From NCBI RefSeq assembly GCF_009914755.1, contig NC_060933.1: a DNA stretch of 64,000 bases, one strand, 5' to 3'. Below, piece by piece: positions 13,675 to 26,050 of the stretch. Below the pieces are notes generated by a model. That model saw only the letters and a program-made list of their open reading frames with translations. It did no database searches and was not told where the DNA came from. The DNA is from the human T2T-CHM13v2.0 reference genome, Homo sapiens. The first letter of the stretch is position 1. The number at the start of each line of letters is the position of its first letter. A program made the position numbers and the translations under genes.

Positions 13675-16600
13675 TTTCCACTTCTGGACAAGATGGAGTA
13701 ACAGAGACCAATTTACACTCATGCGTGAAACAACCAAAAAAACAAACAAAAATGTGTGAAACAATGGTTTTTAAGAAACCGGATGTCAGGCAGTGATCTC
13801 TCAATTATGATGAACAAATTAGGTAAGTCCTGCAATTGCTCTAACTTACTTCCTTGAGAGAGTTTTCAGGCTGTGGCTCAGGGAGGAAACTGGGCAGAGC
13901 CTGGAAATTTCCCTGAGTTGAGGAGTTGAACTTTGAAGCAGAAAGACCAAGATAGAGGCTGTACAACAGGGTACCAACAAGGAGATAATTATACAAAGAA
14001 ACCTGAAAACCTGCAGAGAATCACCTTGAAGTATCCAGCAAAATACTGATCAGTACATGCCTGTTAAAAAACCACACATTATCAGTAAAAGAACTCCTCA
14101 AAAGGATTAGAGAGAGGAATACCGAGCACTCCCAAAGAGTGGGAGGTAATGCCTGTTCCCACAAACCAAACTGGAAAACACAATTTACAGGGTTTAGGGT
14201 AGACTGCTAGGAAAGTCTTGCCTCAATCATGGGGAATAATTAGCCCCAATCTAAATACAACTCTGGCCTTGCCTGACATCTCAAAAGCAAGACCCAGAAG
14301 AATCAGACTGATTCCAAGTAACTTAAATGCAGCTCAGAACAAAGCTTAAGAATGTTTACATAAATACAGAAATTTCTATACCCAACAAGATAAAATTCAC
14401 AATGTCTGGCAGCCAATCGAAACTTAGCAGCAATGCAAAGAAGTGGGAAAATATAACCCGTAAAAAAGGAGCAAAATCAACCCATCACAACCACCCCAGA
14501 ATTGTCACAGATGTTGAATTAGCAGACAAAGACATTAAAACAGTTTATATGATTGTGTTTCATAGGTTCAAAAAGTGAAGTGTAGACATAGAAGATGTAT
14601 TTTTAAAAAACAACAAATCAAACTTCTAAAAATAAAAACTTTAATATCCAAGAGAAAACATCCCATGGACCATATTAGTAACAGATTAGCTGTTGCGGAA
14701 GAAAATAATAGTCAACTAAAAGATATACTAATAGAAAGATCCCAAATGAAATAGAGACATAGAATTGCAAAATTAAAAAGACAAAGTATCAGTCAGCTGT
14801 GATACAACTTCAGTTGCCTAATATATATGTAATCTGAGTTCCTGAAGTTGGGAGGGGGTACAGAGAAAATACTATTTGAAGAAATGGCCAGGAATTTTCC
14901 AAATTTGAGTAAAAAGAAAAAAAAAATCTACATATTCAAGAATCTCAACAAACTCTAAGGACAAAAAACATGAAGGAAGCTACACTAAGTCACATCCTAA
15001 TCAAATTACTTAAAACTAGTGATAAACAGAAAATCTTAAATGCAGCCAGAGGAAAATGACATTTTATATAGAGAAGCAAAGTTAAATATGACAGCAGATT
15101 TCTCCTTGGAAACAATATATACAAGAAGAGAATGGAGCAGTATTTGTAAAATACTGAAAGGAAAAAAAGGTGATAATCTAGAACCCCAAAACCAGTAGAA
15201 TATCTCTCGCAAATGTAGGTGAAACAAAAGCTTTTTCAGACATGAAAAGCTAAAAGAATTCATTACTAGCAGACCTGTACTACAAGAAATCTTCAAGGAA
15301 ATCCTCCAAGCAAAATAAAAATTATGACGAATGGGAATATGGAGCTACAGAAAGGAATGAAGAACACTGGAAATGGATAACTACAAGGGTAAATACAAAA
15401 TACTTTCTCTCATTATTTAAATGCCTATAAATGATAATCGACATTTAAACAAAACTAGCGTAGTATGGAAGTTATAATGTAGGTACCTAGTTCTCATGAG
15501 AGCTATTGTGATATCACTTGAAAACGGACTATGGTAAGTTGAAGAGATATACTATAAACCCTAAAGCAACCACTAAACTAACCCAAAAATTTTAGCTGAT
15601 AGACCTAAAAAAGAGATGAAATGGAATTATAAAAAAAATTGCTTGATCAAAATGAGGGCAAAAAAAGGAAGAGACTAAACTAAGAACAGATAAAGTCTAA
15701 ACATCCAATTGAAAGATAGAGATTGTCAGATTGGATAAAGAAAGTATTACCCAGTGATATGCTGCCTTCAAGAAGTATATTTTAAATAAAAAGACACACA
15801 TAGGTTTAAAGTAAAAGGATAGAAAAAGATATACCATGCTAACTAACATTTATCAAAAGAAATCTACATTTGATATATTAATATCAGGCAAAACAGATGT
15901 CACATTAAAGAAACACACCAGGAATAAAGAATATCAGTTTTTAATGATAGAGGAGTCAATACATTAGGAGAACATAACAATTCTACTAATCCACATATTT
16001 TTAAAAGAGCTTCTAAATGCTTAAAGCAAAATCTGGGTAAAACCCCAGGAGAAATAAACAAATTCATAAAGTCAGAGATGTAAATACTCCTCCCTCAATA
16101 ATTGAGAGAACAAATAGAAAATCATCAAGGTATAGAAGACTTGAACAACACAATCAGCTAATTGACATTTATAGGACACTCTGGACATTTATAGGATATT
16201 CAGTCAGAATACACATTCTTTTCAAGTGTAGATGGCACAATTACCTCAATAGACTGCATTCTGGGCCATAAAACAACTTTTCAATAAATGTAAAAAGATC
16301 CAACTCACACAAAGTATGTTTTCTAATTAGAATGGAACTAAATTAGAAAAGAATAACAAAAAGATCTCTGCAAAATTTTCAAAATATTTAGAAATGAAAT
16401 AACCATTGCTAAGTAAGCCATGTACCAAAGAGGAAATCCAGGAAAATTATAACGTATTTTGAACTGAGATCCCACTAGAGCATTACTTGAGAGGGGGAAT
16501 TTATGGCACTAAATTTCTGTTAGTAAAGAAAAAAGGTCTTCATACAATGACCTTGGCTGCCACTTTAAACTAGAAACTAGAAAATAAAGGCTAAATGAGA

Positions 16601-18975
16601 ACTAAAGTAAGCAGGAAAAAAAAAAAAAAGAAAAAAAAAACAAAGATGAGGGCAGAAATTAATTTAAATTGAAAAACAATAGAGAAAAAATCAATAAAAA
16701 TAAAAGCAGTTCTTTGAAGGAAACAACTAAATGGATAAACATTTAAAAAGATCAATCCAGAAAAAAGAGAGAAGAATTAAATTACCATATCAGAATGATA
16801 CAGAGGCTATTACAGACTGTGTAGAAATTAAAAAGAGAATACTACAAACAACTCTGCTCATCTAAATTCAACAATATAGATGGACCAATTCCTAGCAAAC
16901 CACAAACAACCAAAACTCATCCAAGATTAAATAGAATCTGAGTAGTCCTCTAACTATTTTAAAAGTTGAATTTGTAGTTAAAGTTTTGTCAAAAAAGGAA
17001 CCTCCAGACCCAAATGGTTTCACCGCAATTTTTACCAAACATTTAAAGAAGAAATAACACCACGTCTACCCAATCTCTTCCAGCAGGTAAAAATGCAGAG
17101 AAAACTTCCCAACTAATTTTATAAAGCCAGAATGAGGCTGATACAAAAACCAGACAAAGATAATAAAAAATAACACTATAGAGCACAAAAATTCTCAACA
17201 AAATATTACCAAATCAAACTCAGCAATACAGAGAAGAAATAATACAATATGACCAAGAGCAGCTTATACTGGAAACTCTAGGCTAATTTATTACTTTTAG
17301 AAATCAGTCAGTGTAATCCACCACTTGATAGTGTAAAGAAGAAAGAAGAAGTAAAATTGATGCAGAAAAAGCATTTAACAAAACTCAATATTCATTCATG
17401 ATAAAATCTCTCAGTCAGCTAGGAAAAGAAGGGAGTTTCTTCTAACTGATAAAGAGTATCTGCTAAAAAACCCAACCAAACAAACAAAAAGTCACTACAG
17501 GTAACATCAAACTTAGTGCGAAAGACTGAACGTTTCCCCCCCGGCACTGGGGAAGGCAGTGATGTCCAATCTCACTGCTTCTATTCAACATTGTACTGGG
17601 AGTCCTAGCCAATGCAGTAAGTAAGAAAAAGAAATGAAAATTATACAGATCAGAAAGGAAACAAAAGTACCCCTATTTGCATAATACACAGTTTTGATTG
17701 TCTATGTAGAACATCCCAAGGAATCTACCAAAAACTACTAGAAGTTTAAGTGAGTATAGCAAGGTAGCAGGATACAAGATGATTGGACAAAAATTAACAG
17801 TATTTCAATTGGTAAATGAAATTAAAAACCAATACTATTTAAGAAATAGGGATAAAATGGGGAAAATGATATAGGGCTAACAAAATATGTATGGGATCTG
17901 CATGCCAAAAACTAAAAAATGCTGATGAAAGAAATCAAAGAAGACCTAAGTAAATGGAAAGACATACCTTATTTATGGACAAGAATACTTGACATAGTAA
18001 TGATGTTAATTCCCCACAAATTGGTCTATAGATTTTATGCCATTCCACTCACAATCCTATGAGGATATTCTGTATAGACACAATCTGATTCTACAATGTA
18101 TGTGAAAGGCAAAGGAATAAGAATAGTTAAAACAATTTGGAAAAGACATAAAGTTGGAGGAATTACATTATGCAGTTTTAATACTTACTATAAAGCTTCA
18201 GTTGTCAAGACAGGGTGGTATCGGCAAAGAGAGAGACAAATAGATCAATGTAACAGAATAAAAAGTTCAGAAATAGATTCATATAAATGTGGCCAACTGA
18301 TTTTTGGCAAAGTTGCGTAGCAACTCAATTGAGAAAGAATTGTCTTTTTAACAAATCATGTTTTTAAAATAGAAATCTACACATGCAAAAACAAATAAAC
18401 CAAAACTCTCAACCAAAACCTTATACCTTATGCAAAAATTAACTCAAAATGGATCATTTATCTAAGTTCAAAGTGTAAAACTATAAAACTTTTCAAAGAA
18501 AACCTAGGAGAAAAATCTTTGTGACCTAGGATTAGGCAAAGAGTTCTTAGACATGACTCAAAAAAGCATAATTCAGAAAATAAAAGATTGGTAAATCTTA
18601 ATCAGAACTATTAATTGGACTTAATTGAACTATTTTTTTCTCTTGTAAAATGTTGAACATGTACTTACCATGTAACCCAGTAGTCCTATTGCTGGATGTT
18701 TACTCTAGAGAAATAGAAAATTATGTTTGCACAAAAACCTGTACATGAATATTTATAACAGCTCCCTTCATAAGCACCCCAAAATTCACCAAGATACCAT
18801 TCAACAGAGGAATGGATAAACAGACTGGTACCTTCGTACTGTGGAATACTACTTAACAAGTAAAAGAGACACACTGCTAGACACACTACATGTGATACCT
18901 TGAATAAATCTCGAAAGTATGCTGAGTGAAAGAAGTCAATGTCAAAAAATTGCACACTGTATAATCTCATTTATT
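13675..18975 (+). mobile_element. Near-full-length ancient L1M (L1MC/L1MD-like); ORF1 and ORF2 degenerate
   Basis: 5' end 'ttccacttctggacaagatgg'; ORF1-like A-rich region about 14.5-15.3 kb; ORF2 endonuclease/RT remnants about 15.7-18.3 kb (peptide 'GGITLCSFNTYYKASVVKTGWY...IDQCNRIKSSEID'); 3'UTR continues past the Alu and MADE1 to about 19480. Confidence 0.9.
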
Positions 18976-18979
18976 TGAC

Positions 18980-19275
18980 TTTTTTTTTTTTTTTTTTTGA
19001 GATGGAGTCTTGCTCTGTCGCTCAGGCTGGAGTGCAGTGCGATCTTAGTTCACTGCAACCTCCGCCTCCCAGGTTCAAGCTATTCTCCTGCCTCAGCCTC
19101 CTGAGTAGCTGGGACTACAGGCGCACGCCACTACACCCAACTTATTTTTGTATTTTTAGTAGAGATGGGGTTTCACCATGTTGGTCAGGCTGGTCTTGAA
19201 CTCCTGACCTGGTGATCCACCCGCCTCGGCCTTCCAAAGTGCTGGGATTACAGGTGTGAGCCACCGTGCCTGGCC
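18980..19275 (-). mobile_element. Alu (AluS-type) inserted in the L1 3'UTR
   Basis: Reverse Alu dimer; TSD 'tatttga'. Confidence 0.97.
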
Positions 19276-19313
19276 TATTTGAAATTCTTAAAAAACAAAA
19301 TTGCAGTGTTGTA

Positions 19314-19434
19314 TTAGGTTGATGCAACAGTAATTACAGTTTTCACCATTACAGTTTCGCCAAATAGGAGGCTAAGCATTACTTTCGCCATTACTTTTAA
19401 TGGTGAAAACCGCAATTACTGTTGCACCAACCTA
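19314..19434. mobile_element. MADE1 (Hsmar1-derived MITE) with internal insertion
   Basis: TIRs 'ttaggttgatgcaacagtaatt' and 'aattactgttgcaccaaccta', TA dinucleotide on both flanks. Confidence 0.9.
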
Positions 19435-19850
19435 TAGAACAAATCAGTAATTACTAGGAGTTAAAATTGGGGTAGAGTTTGGCTATGGCATTTATAGGAT
19501 GAACTGGAGAGGAGAGTCTGTTACAGTTATCCATATAGGAGGGGATAAGGGCTTGAACTAGAATGGTCTACTGATTATAATAAGACCACTGTAGACCCAG
19601 GACCAGCATTAGGAAATAGAAGTATATGTGTCTGGCATGGAATTCTTTATATGGTGATAGGGTGGACTCTTGGATGCTAACCTGGCCTTTCCTCAAATGT
19701 AGGTAAGAAAGGCAGCAAGCCTACAGCTCAGAATTTTTCTGACCTGGTGGATTTCTCCTTCCTCTAAGGCTGTCAGTACCTCCAAATATTGGGCATGCCT
19801 TTGTGAGGAACTAGGGTGGCATGGAGAGCTGTGCCCACTCACCTGTGTTA

Positions 19851-20009
19851 TCTGGTGTATATTTATTCTTTCAGTGCTATTGCTGGTATCATTGATAGCA
19901 GGGGACCTGTTGAGCAGGAGAGGGTTTGAGAGGGAGGATGTTGCATTCAACAGGCAGCACATGGGAAGCTCTTTACAGTTTGCTGAATGAATGGGGGAAT
20001 GAAATCCTT
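19851..20009 (+). repeat. Inverted repeat arm A (159 bp; partner 20753-20911)
   Basis: Manual alignment to the reverse complement of 20753-20911: no gaps, 11 mismatches. Confidence 0.95.
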
Positions 20010-20438
20010 CAAGACACTTTAAAAGGTATATTCCTTAAGGTGCTTAAAATTAAAAGGACTAGATTCAGGAAAAAAATAGTTTTTGTCTCGAATGCCAACT
20101 CTGAATGGTAATGGGTGCCTAGAGCTCCCAGTTGAGTAGAAAATTAAGGCTGTGCCTTGGCCCTCTGAGAAAATGTGCCAGGCATAATCCTCAATGTCTG
20201 CCTAGATCATAGGAGAAGGAATGGAGGATAGGAAGCTAAGCAGAGGCTGAGGAAGAATTCAGATTGGGCAGACTGGGACTGGAACGTCATCAGCAAAGGT
20301 GAAAGTTGAAGCCTTTCCAGTAGATGAGCACCTGAAAGAGGAAATGCAGAGGGTAAGAGAGGTCCCACATCACTGGAATGCGTTCCCTGATCACCTTCCT
20401 CTCCTGTTCCCAACCAGCTTTCAGGTGGGCGGGAAGCT

Positions 20439-20623
20439 TTACATTCTTAAATCCTTGACTATTTATAATAATCTACTTCCATATAAAAGTAATATCCCAT
20501 TGGTAAATATAGTATTGCATTTGAGTAACTCTGCAATACCTGTAATAACTACCATTTATTGAACACCTATTTTATTTCACACTTCATTCATACTGCAAAG
20601 TTCTTACAAGTTATTATCATTCT
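20439..20623 (+). repeat. Inverted repeat arm B (185 bp; partner 20978-21162)
   Basis: Manual alignment: no gaps, 4 mismatches; also visible as near-identical peptides in ORFs 20299..20562(+) and 20940..21200(-). Confidence 0.97.
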
Positions 20624-20720
20624 TTTCTTACAGGTGAGAAAACCAGCTCTGAAAGGCTAAGACACTTAGCCAACATCACAGAGCTCCTAAGCGATAGAGC
20701 CAGGATTCAAACATAGGACA
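20545..20720 (-). mobile_element. MIR SINE (runs continuously from arm B into the spacer)
   Basis: 'aataactaccatttattgaacacc...ttacaggtgagaaaacc...gatagagccaggattcaaac'. Confidence 0.75.
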
Positions 20721-20752
20721 GCAAAATTTGTGTCCTTGCTGCTATTAACAGC

Positions 20753-20911
20753 AAGGATTTCATTCCTCCATTCATTCAGCAAGCTGTAAAAAGCTTCCCA
20801 TGTGCTGGCTGTTGAAAGCAACATCCTCCCTCTCAAACCCTCTCCTGCTCAACAGGTCCCCTGCTGTCAAAGATACCAGCAGTAGCACTGAAAAAGTAAA
20901 TAGACACCAGA
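20753..20911 (-). repeat. Inverted repeat arm A'
   Basis: Reverse complement of 19851-20009 at about 93% identity. Confidence 0.95.
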
Positions 20912-20977
20912 AACCGGGAAACATAGCTGTAGCTAGTCTTTAGACACATTTAATATTATGAGTACAGATTGCTGTAC

Positions 20978-21162
20978 AGAATGATAATAACTTGTAAGAA
21001 CTTTGCAGTATGAATGAAGTATGAAATAAAATAGGTGTCCAATAAATGGTAGTTATTACAGGTATTGCAGAGTTACTCAAATGCAATACCATATTTACCA
21101 ATGGGATATTACTTTTATATGGAAGTAGATTATTACAAATAGTCAAGGATTTAAGAATGTAA
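20978..21162 (-). repeat. Inverted repeat arm B'
   Basis: Reverse complement of 20439-20623 at about 98% identity. Confidence 0.97.
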
Positions 21163-24100
21163 TATTTGCAGGATGTTTCTTTCATCATCATTTGCTGCAT
21201 AATCCTAGCAAAGTAATTTTAGTATTAATTAGCTGAATGCTGCTGGAACTGGTGATAGCTTTGTGATACAGAACTAAATAAAATAATGGTAGTCATTTAA
21301 ATGTTGTACTACCTCTTATAACTGCATCCAGCTCATCTCTGCTTCATTTCTCCCTGGTCTCCTATAAAATCTCCCTGGTGATTTTCTTTAGTTAAAAGTG
21401 CAGTATGTTCTCCCTATTGAATAATGTCATACACACACACACACACAAGCCACCTTAAACATGGAAAGTGTGTCTAGGATGTTTGCCACTTTGTAAATTT
21501 GGATGAGGTTCCTAAAAGTTCTAATCACATCAAAAGAGATACCCCTCTTTCTGAAGTAATTCTCTGGCATCTTCTGTGAGTTCTTCCTACACCTCACTGA
21601 ATTCCCTTCTTCTAGACCATGAAATAATACATTGACTTCTCTCTGAATAATGTTAAATTGTGTTTCTGTGGCATTCAGACATCCTCCCTGTGGGTTTTCA
21701 TGTGGTTTGTCATGCATTTTTTTTGAACCAGCATTGGGCATGAACTGGCCCCGCTTTCCTGAGCCTCGTTGTTCACCCACACAGACAACAGGCTCCGCTA
21801 CTCCTGCTTCTTGTATTTCACCACGCACTGTGTGCCCCTGCATGCCTCCGTGTCCTTTTACCATCTTGCGCTCACCATTCAGAATGCCTTTTCTAGTTTT
21901 CACAAAAACTCACCCTTCAAGAGCCCACTGACACATCTGGGAAGGCTTCCTGGGAATTCATCAAAGGGCGTAGATCCTTCTTTTTCTGTGTTCCTGCGGC
22001 ATCCGGTATGGCCTCTGTCACAGCCTTCCTCATATAATCCAGTAACTGGTTGCTTTCTTGTATGTCTTCCCATCCCTAAAGATAACCAACAGCTCCCTGT
22101 GGATGAAGACTTTATCACTTGAGGGCAAGTGAGATAAACTTGCCCTCTAACATTCTTTCTCACAGTTGACAATAACACTGTGTTATCCAATAGTGTTAAT
22201 TGCAGAGGCTTCTGGAAGATCCCACTTGCTTTCCAGACTTTGGTGTGTCCTGTGTGTAAGACCTTTGTATGGGATAGGAAAACTCCCTCATCTTGTAGTG
22301 ACCAATTTCTTTAATTTCTTTCCCCTTCCTGGAAATCTCTTTAATTAAATTTTCCGAGGCCTTTCGCTGGTGACCTAAAGGCCCCAAGGGATTACTTGTG
22401 TAGGAACTAACCTGGCTCTGAGCCTAAAAATGGTTTATTGCTTCGGAGAAATTACTTTCTGGACAATTTAAACTGGATTTTCCTTCTGTATATGTTTTTA
22501 GATAATAATGGAAAAAAATCATAAATTACCCAGAACCTGGGAAAGAGGGTTTTAACCTTGTTATATGACATAAGTCACCTAATAGGAAATGAGCATTTTA
22601 AAAGATGCCAACAAAAAGCTGATAATCCTGAGTCTCTGGTCCAACTGATTCCCCGTTAGATTCACACTCTTATCCCCATTAATGGTTACATAGGTAAACA
22701 TATGTACTCAGTCTCTTTCTTTGGTATTTTTTGAGAGAGAAGTCATTTAAGTGAATATGTATTCAACAAACCTTTCATGAGAATCTTTTGGAGGCGAGGC
22801 ATTGTACTAGGCACTTTGAGGGATGCAGCTCCTTAAGTACAATACTGTCCCTACTAGCGAGGTAAGAAACATAAAGAAAGCAACATAAAAATGGCATTAG
22901 GCCTTGTGAGAAGTATAGGAGCACGCTTTTGGAGGTCAGAGAAAAAGAAGGTCACATTTGCCTGAGCTGCGTTAGAAAAGATTGGGTGTTGAAGCCAAAT
23001 CTCCTGGTAAAATGTGCAAGAAATCCATCTTACTTGCAATGTAGGGACAAAATAGGATGGCTTCCATTATCTTTTAAAATAATTTGGAGATTTAAAATGT
23101 ATACATATCTTCAATCCTAACTTTCATATCTTTAGTTTTCCAGTATGAGATTAAGATAAATATGTGCATGAATGGCACTTATCCTCAAAGTCTTTATCCC
23201 ACAGGCTAATGGGCAGAGTCTTGGTATGTTAATAATGCTTCTGAAGAAAGAGCAGAAATGTAGCTGAACATGAGAATGTTTGAGTTACTTATTCAAAGAT
23301 ATGCTAAATTTAACCTCAAAGAAATCACTTTAGTGGTATCTCTGAATGTCTTCTAAAATAAGATCAATTTCCCTCTGTCTGGGATATTTTAGATATGGCC
23401 TTGCTTAATGGTGAAAGAGTAGACAAGAAGCTGAACTATTAGTGTTTCTTCCATTTCCAAGACTCTCTGATGACCCTCTCAGCCAATAAAGTACAAGCAA
23501 GTGGGGCTGAGAAACAATTAAGTGCCCTGTTGAACTCATGCTGTAAGAGAAGTTGTGCAATGTCCGGGGACACATTCAGTGAATACTTTAGACCAAATAC
23601 TGTGCTAAGCAGAGGGCCTGGAAAGGTGAATCTTATACAGTCCCCATGACAGCACTCAGCTCAGTGGGGCAACAGTGAACATGCATCTCCTACATTACCA
23701 TCAATCAATATATAACATAATAAGTGCACAAAAAAAGTGAAAACAAGTACTATGGGGTAGATAATTCTCCAGGATAGCCTGCACAGAATGATCTCATTTG
23801 ATAACATAAACCCCAAAGTTAGAAAAATGCAAGAATAAAAACACCAAACATATACAAGGGGAGGAAAGCTGTGCCCATATTGTCCTGTTTATTAGAAAGA
23901 ATGAAGATTATTTATTCACTCACAGTCTAGAAAGAAGAGCTTTGCATTGTCTTTCTGGTAGTTACTTTCATGGAGCCATTCAGACCTACCCAGCCTCATG
24001 TATGATCAGGATGGGCCTTATTTTCAAGTGGAATCTTGAGGTTTTGTGAGGAAGTGTTCTACAGCCAGCCTTTCTGACCCACTAGGCTCTTTCATACTGT

Positions 24101-24377
24101 TATGGCGTTTGAAATGTGGTTCATCGCAAAAGAGTATGCCCTGGAGTATTTACGTCTTTTGGTCTTCAGATGACCTCTTATCCACATATCCACCCAGAAA
24201 GTGTTTGAATTACCACCTATGATCTGAATATTAGTTGGCAACTGGCTGAAAACAATGCTGAACTATTAAAGGAAGTCGTACAATGTTTACAAACACTACT
24301 AAAGGTGCTAAGAGGAGAGATAGGGCTGAAATTTGAAACTGATTTATCTGCTTTGCAATTTTTCTGTACAGTGTGCA

Positions 24378-24462
24378 TTCTCTCTCTCTCTCTCCCCCTC
24401 CACTCCACTCTCTCTCCCTCTCTTCGTTTCCTCCCTCCCCCACTTCATCTTCTCTCCCTCTC
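24378..24462. repeat. CT-rich polypyrimidine/polypurine tract
   Basis: 'ttctctctctctctctcccctccactccactctctctccctc...'. Confidence 0.85.
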
Positions 24463-24816
24463 ATTTTATGTTCCAGCCCTCATCCTCCCAATCTCGTGTT
24501 CTCACCTAAAAAAAGAACTGTAAAATTATTAGAGTAATGTGAGTTTTCATAGTTGAGTAGAACAACCTTGGCAAGATAGGTACAAAATGCACACGTGCAA
24601 TCTTACCACCATTTCTTAGCCAAATTTGCTACTCAATAGAGTTCTGTTAGATAGCAAAAATATACCCTCTCCCAAAAATATACCCTCTGCTAAGCACCAG
24701 AAATCCCCAAACATTGCTAAAATATCCAAGAGCACTTCAAATGTCCGAAACTCTGGTTAAGTATAGTTCTTAGTTTTACAGCAATAGTTCTGTGTGGGTT
24801 TAAAAAAGAAAATTCT

Positions 24817-25285
<469 letters not shown>

Positions 25286-25769
25286 TTATGCTTAGTTTAT
25301 TTCGTCAAAAGTGTGGCTGTAGTAATCCTAATCAGAACACTTTGCTGGAAGTTCACTAACCCCTAAAGTTCTCAGAATCATATAGATCAGATAAGGCAGC
25401 CTAATTTGGGGCACTACTTGGTTAAGAAAAAAATCCCAGGGATAGGAGGGAGAATCCCTGCCTAGGGCCCAGTCCACCGGCCAGCTATTATACATCCAGG
25501 AAGTCTCCATGACCCAAGTCATAGAGGGCTGGGATAGAAGACAGCTTTATAGGAAGAAACTCTTCACTTTGCATTCAAGTTACTCTCCCTCCCTAAAGGG
25601 ATACCTGCATTTTCAAGTTCCCTTAAAGTTAGACTGGCAAATAATTCCCTAAGTATAAGAAAAGACCATGGTCAAATGTGTAAGAGGTATAAATACTCAG
25701 TAATTAATCTGCATTTGGGACTTAGCTTCTGCCTCCTAGAAGCCACCATAATTATGAAATTATCTACTA

Positions 25770-26050
25770 ATAAGAGCTACTATTGGTTGATTTCTTACTA
25801 TAGTTAGGAATTTTCTAGGCATTTTAAGTTCATTTTCTGCTTGTGAGGTAATGACATCTCAAATGATGAGACTTTCGGTAACCCATCAAAGATCACAGAT
25901 TTAGTGTAGGGACATAGCTCTGAGCCCGGGGGGTTGCACCATTAACCAAGAAGCCATGCTGTCTCCTGTAAGGAAACTGAGGCCCAGAGATAATTTTTTA
26001 CTTGCCCAAAGCAACTTGACTAGCTGAATTCAAACCTGGGTCCAAATCTT
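25770..26050 (-). mobile_element. MIR fragments
   Basis: 'aaggaaactgaggcccagaga...cttgcccaaag...gaattcaaacctggg'. Confidence 0.6.

Noticed and set aside
14327-18970. ORFs 14327..14578, 15036..15296, 18096..18320 and 18686..18970
   Set aside because: Fragments or antisense frames of a dead L1; ORF1 and ORF2 are broken by many stops and frameshifts.
20299-21200. Near-identical peptides on opposite strands suggesting a duplicated small gene
   Set aside because: A by-product of the B/B' inverted duplication of non-coding, partly MIR-derived DNA.
24655-24690. Short direct repeats ('caaaaatataccctct' twice; similar ones near 16165 and 58010)
   Set aside because: Ordinary micro-duplications from slippage; no higher-order pattern.
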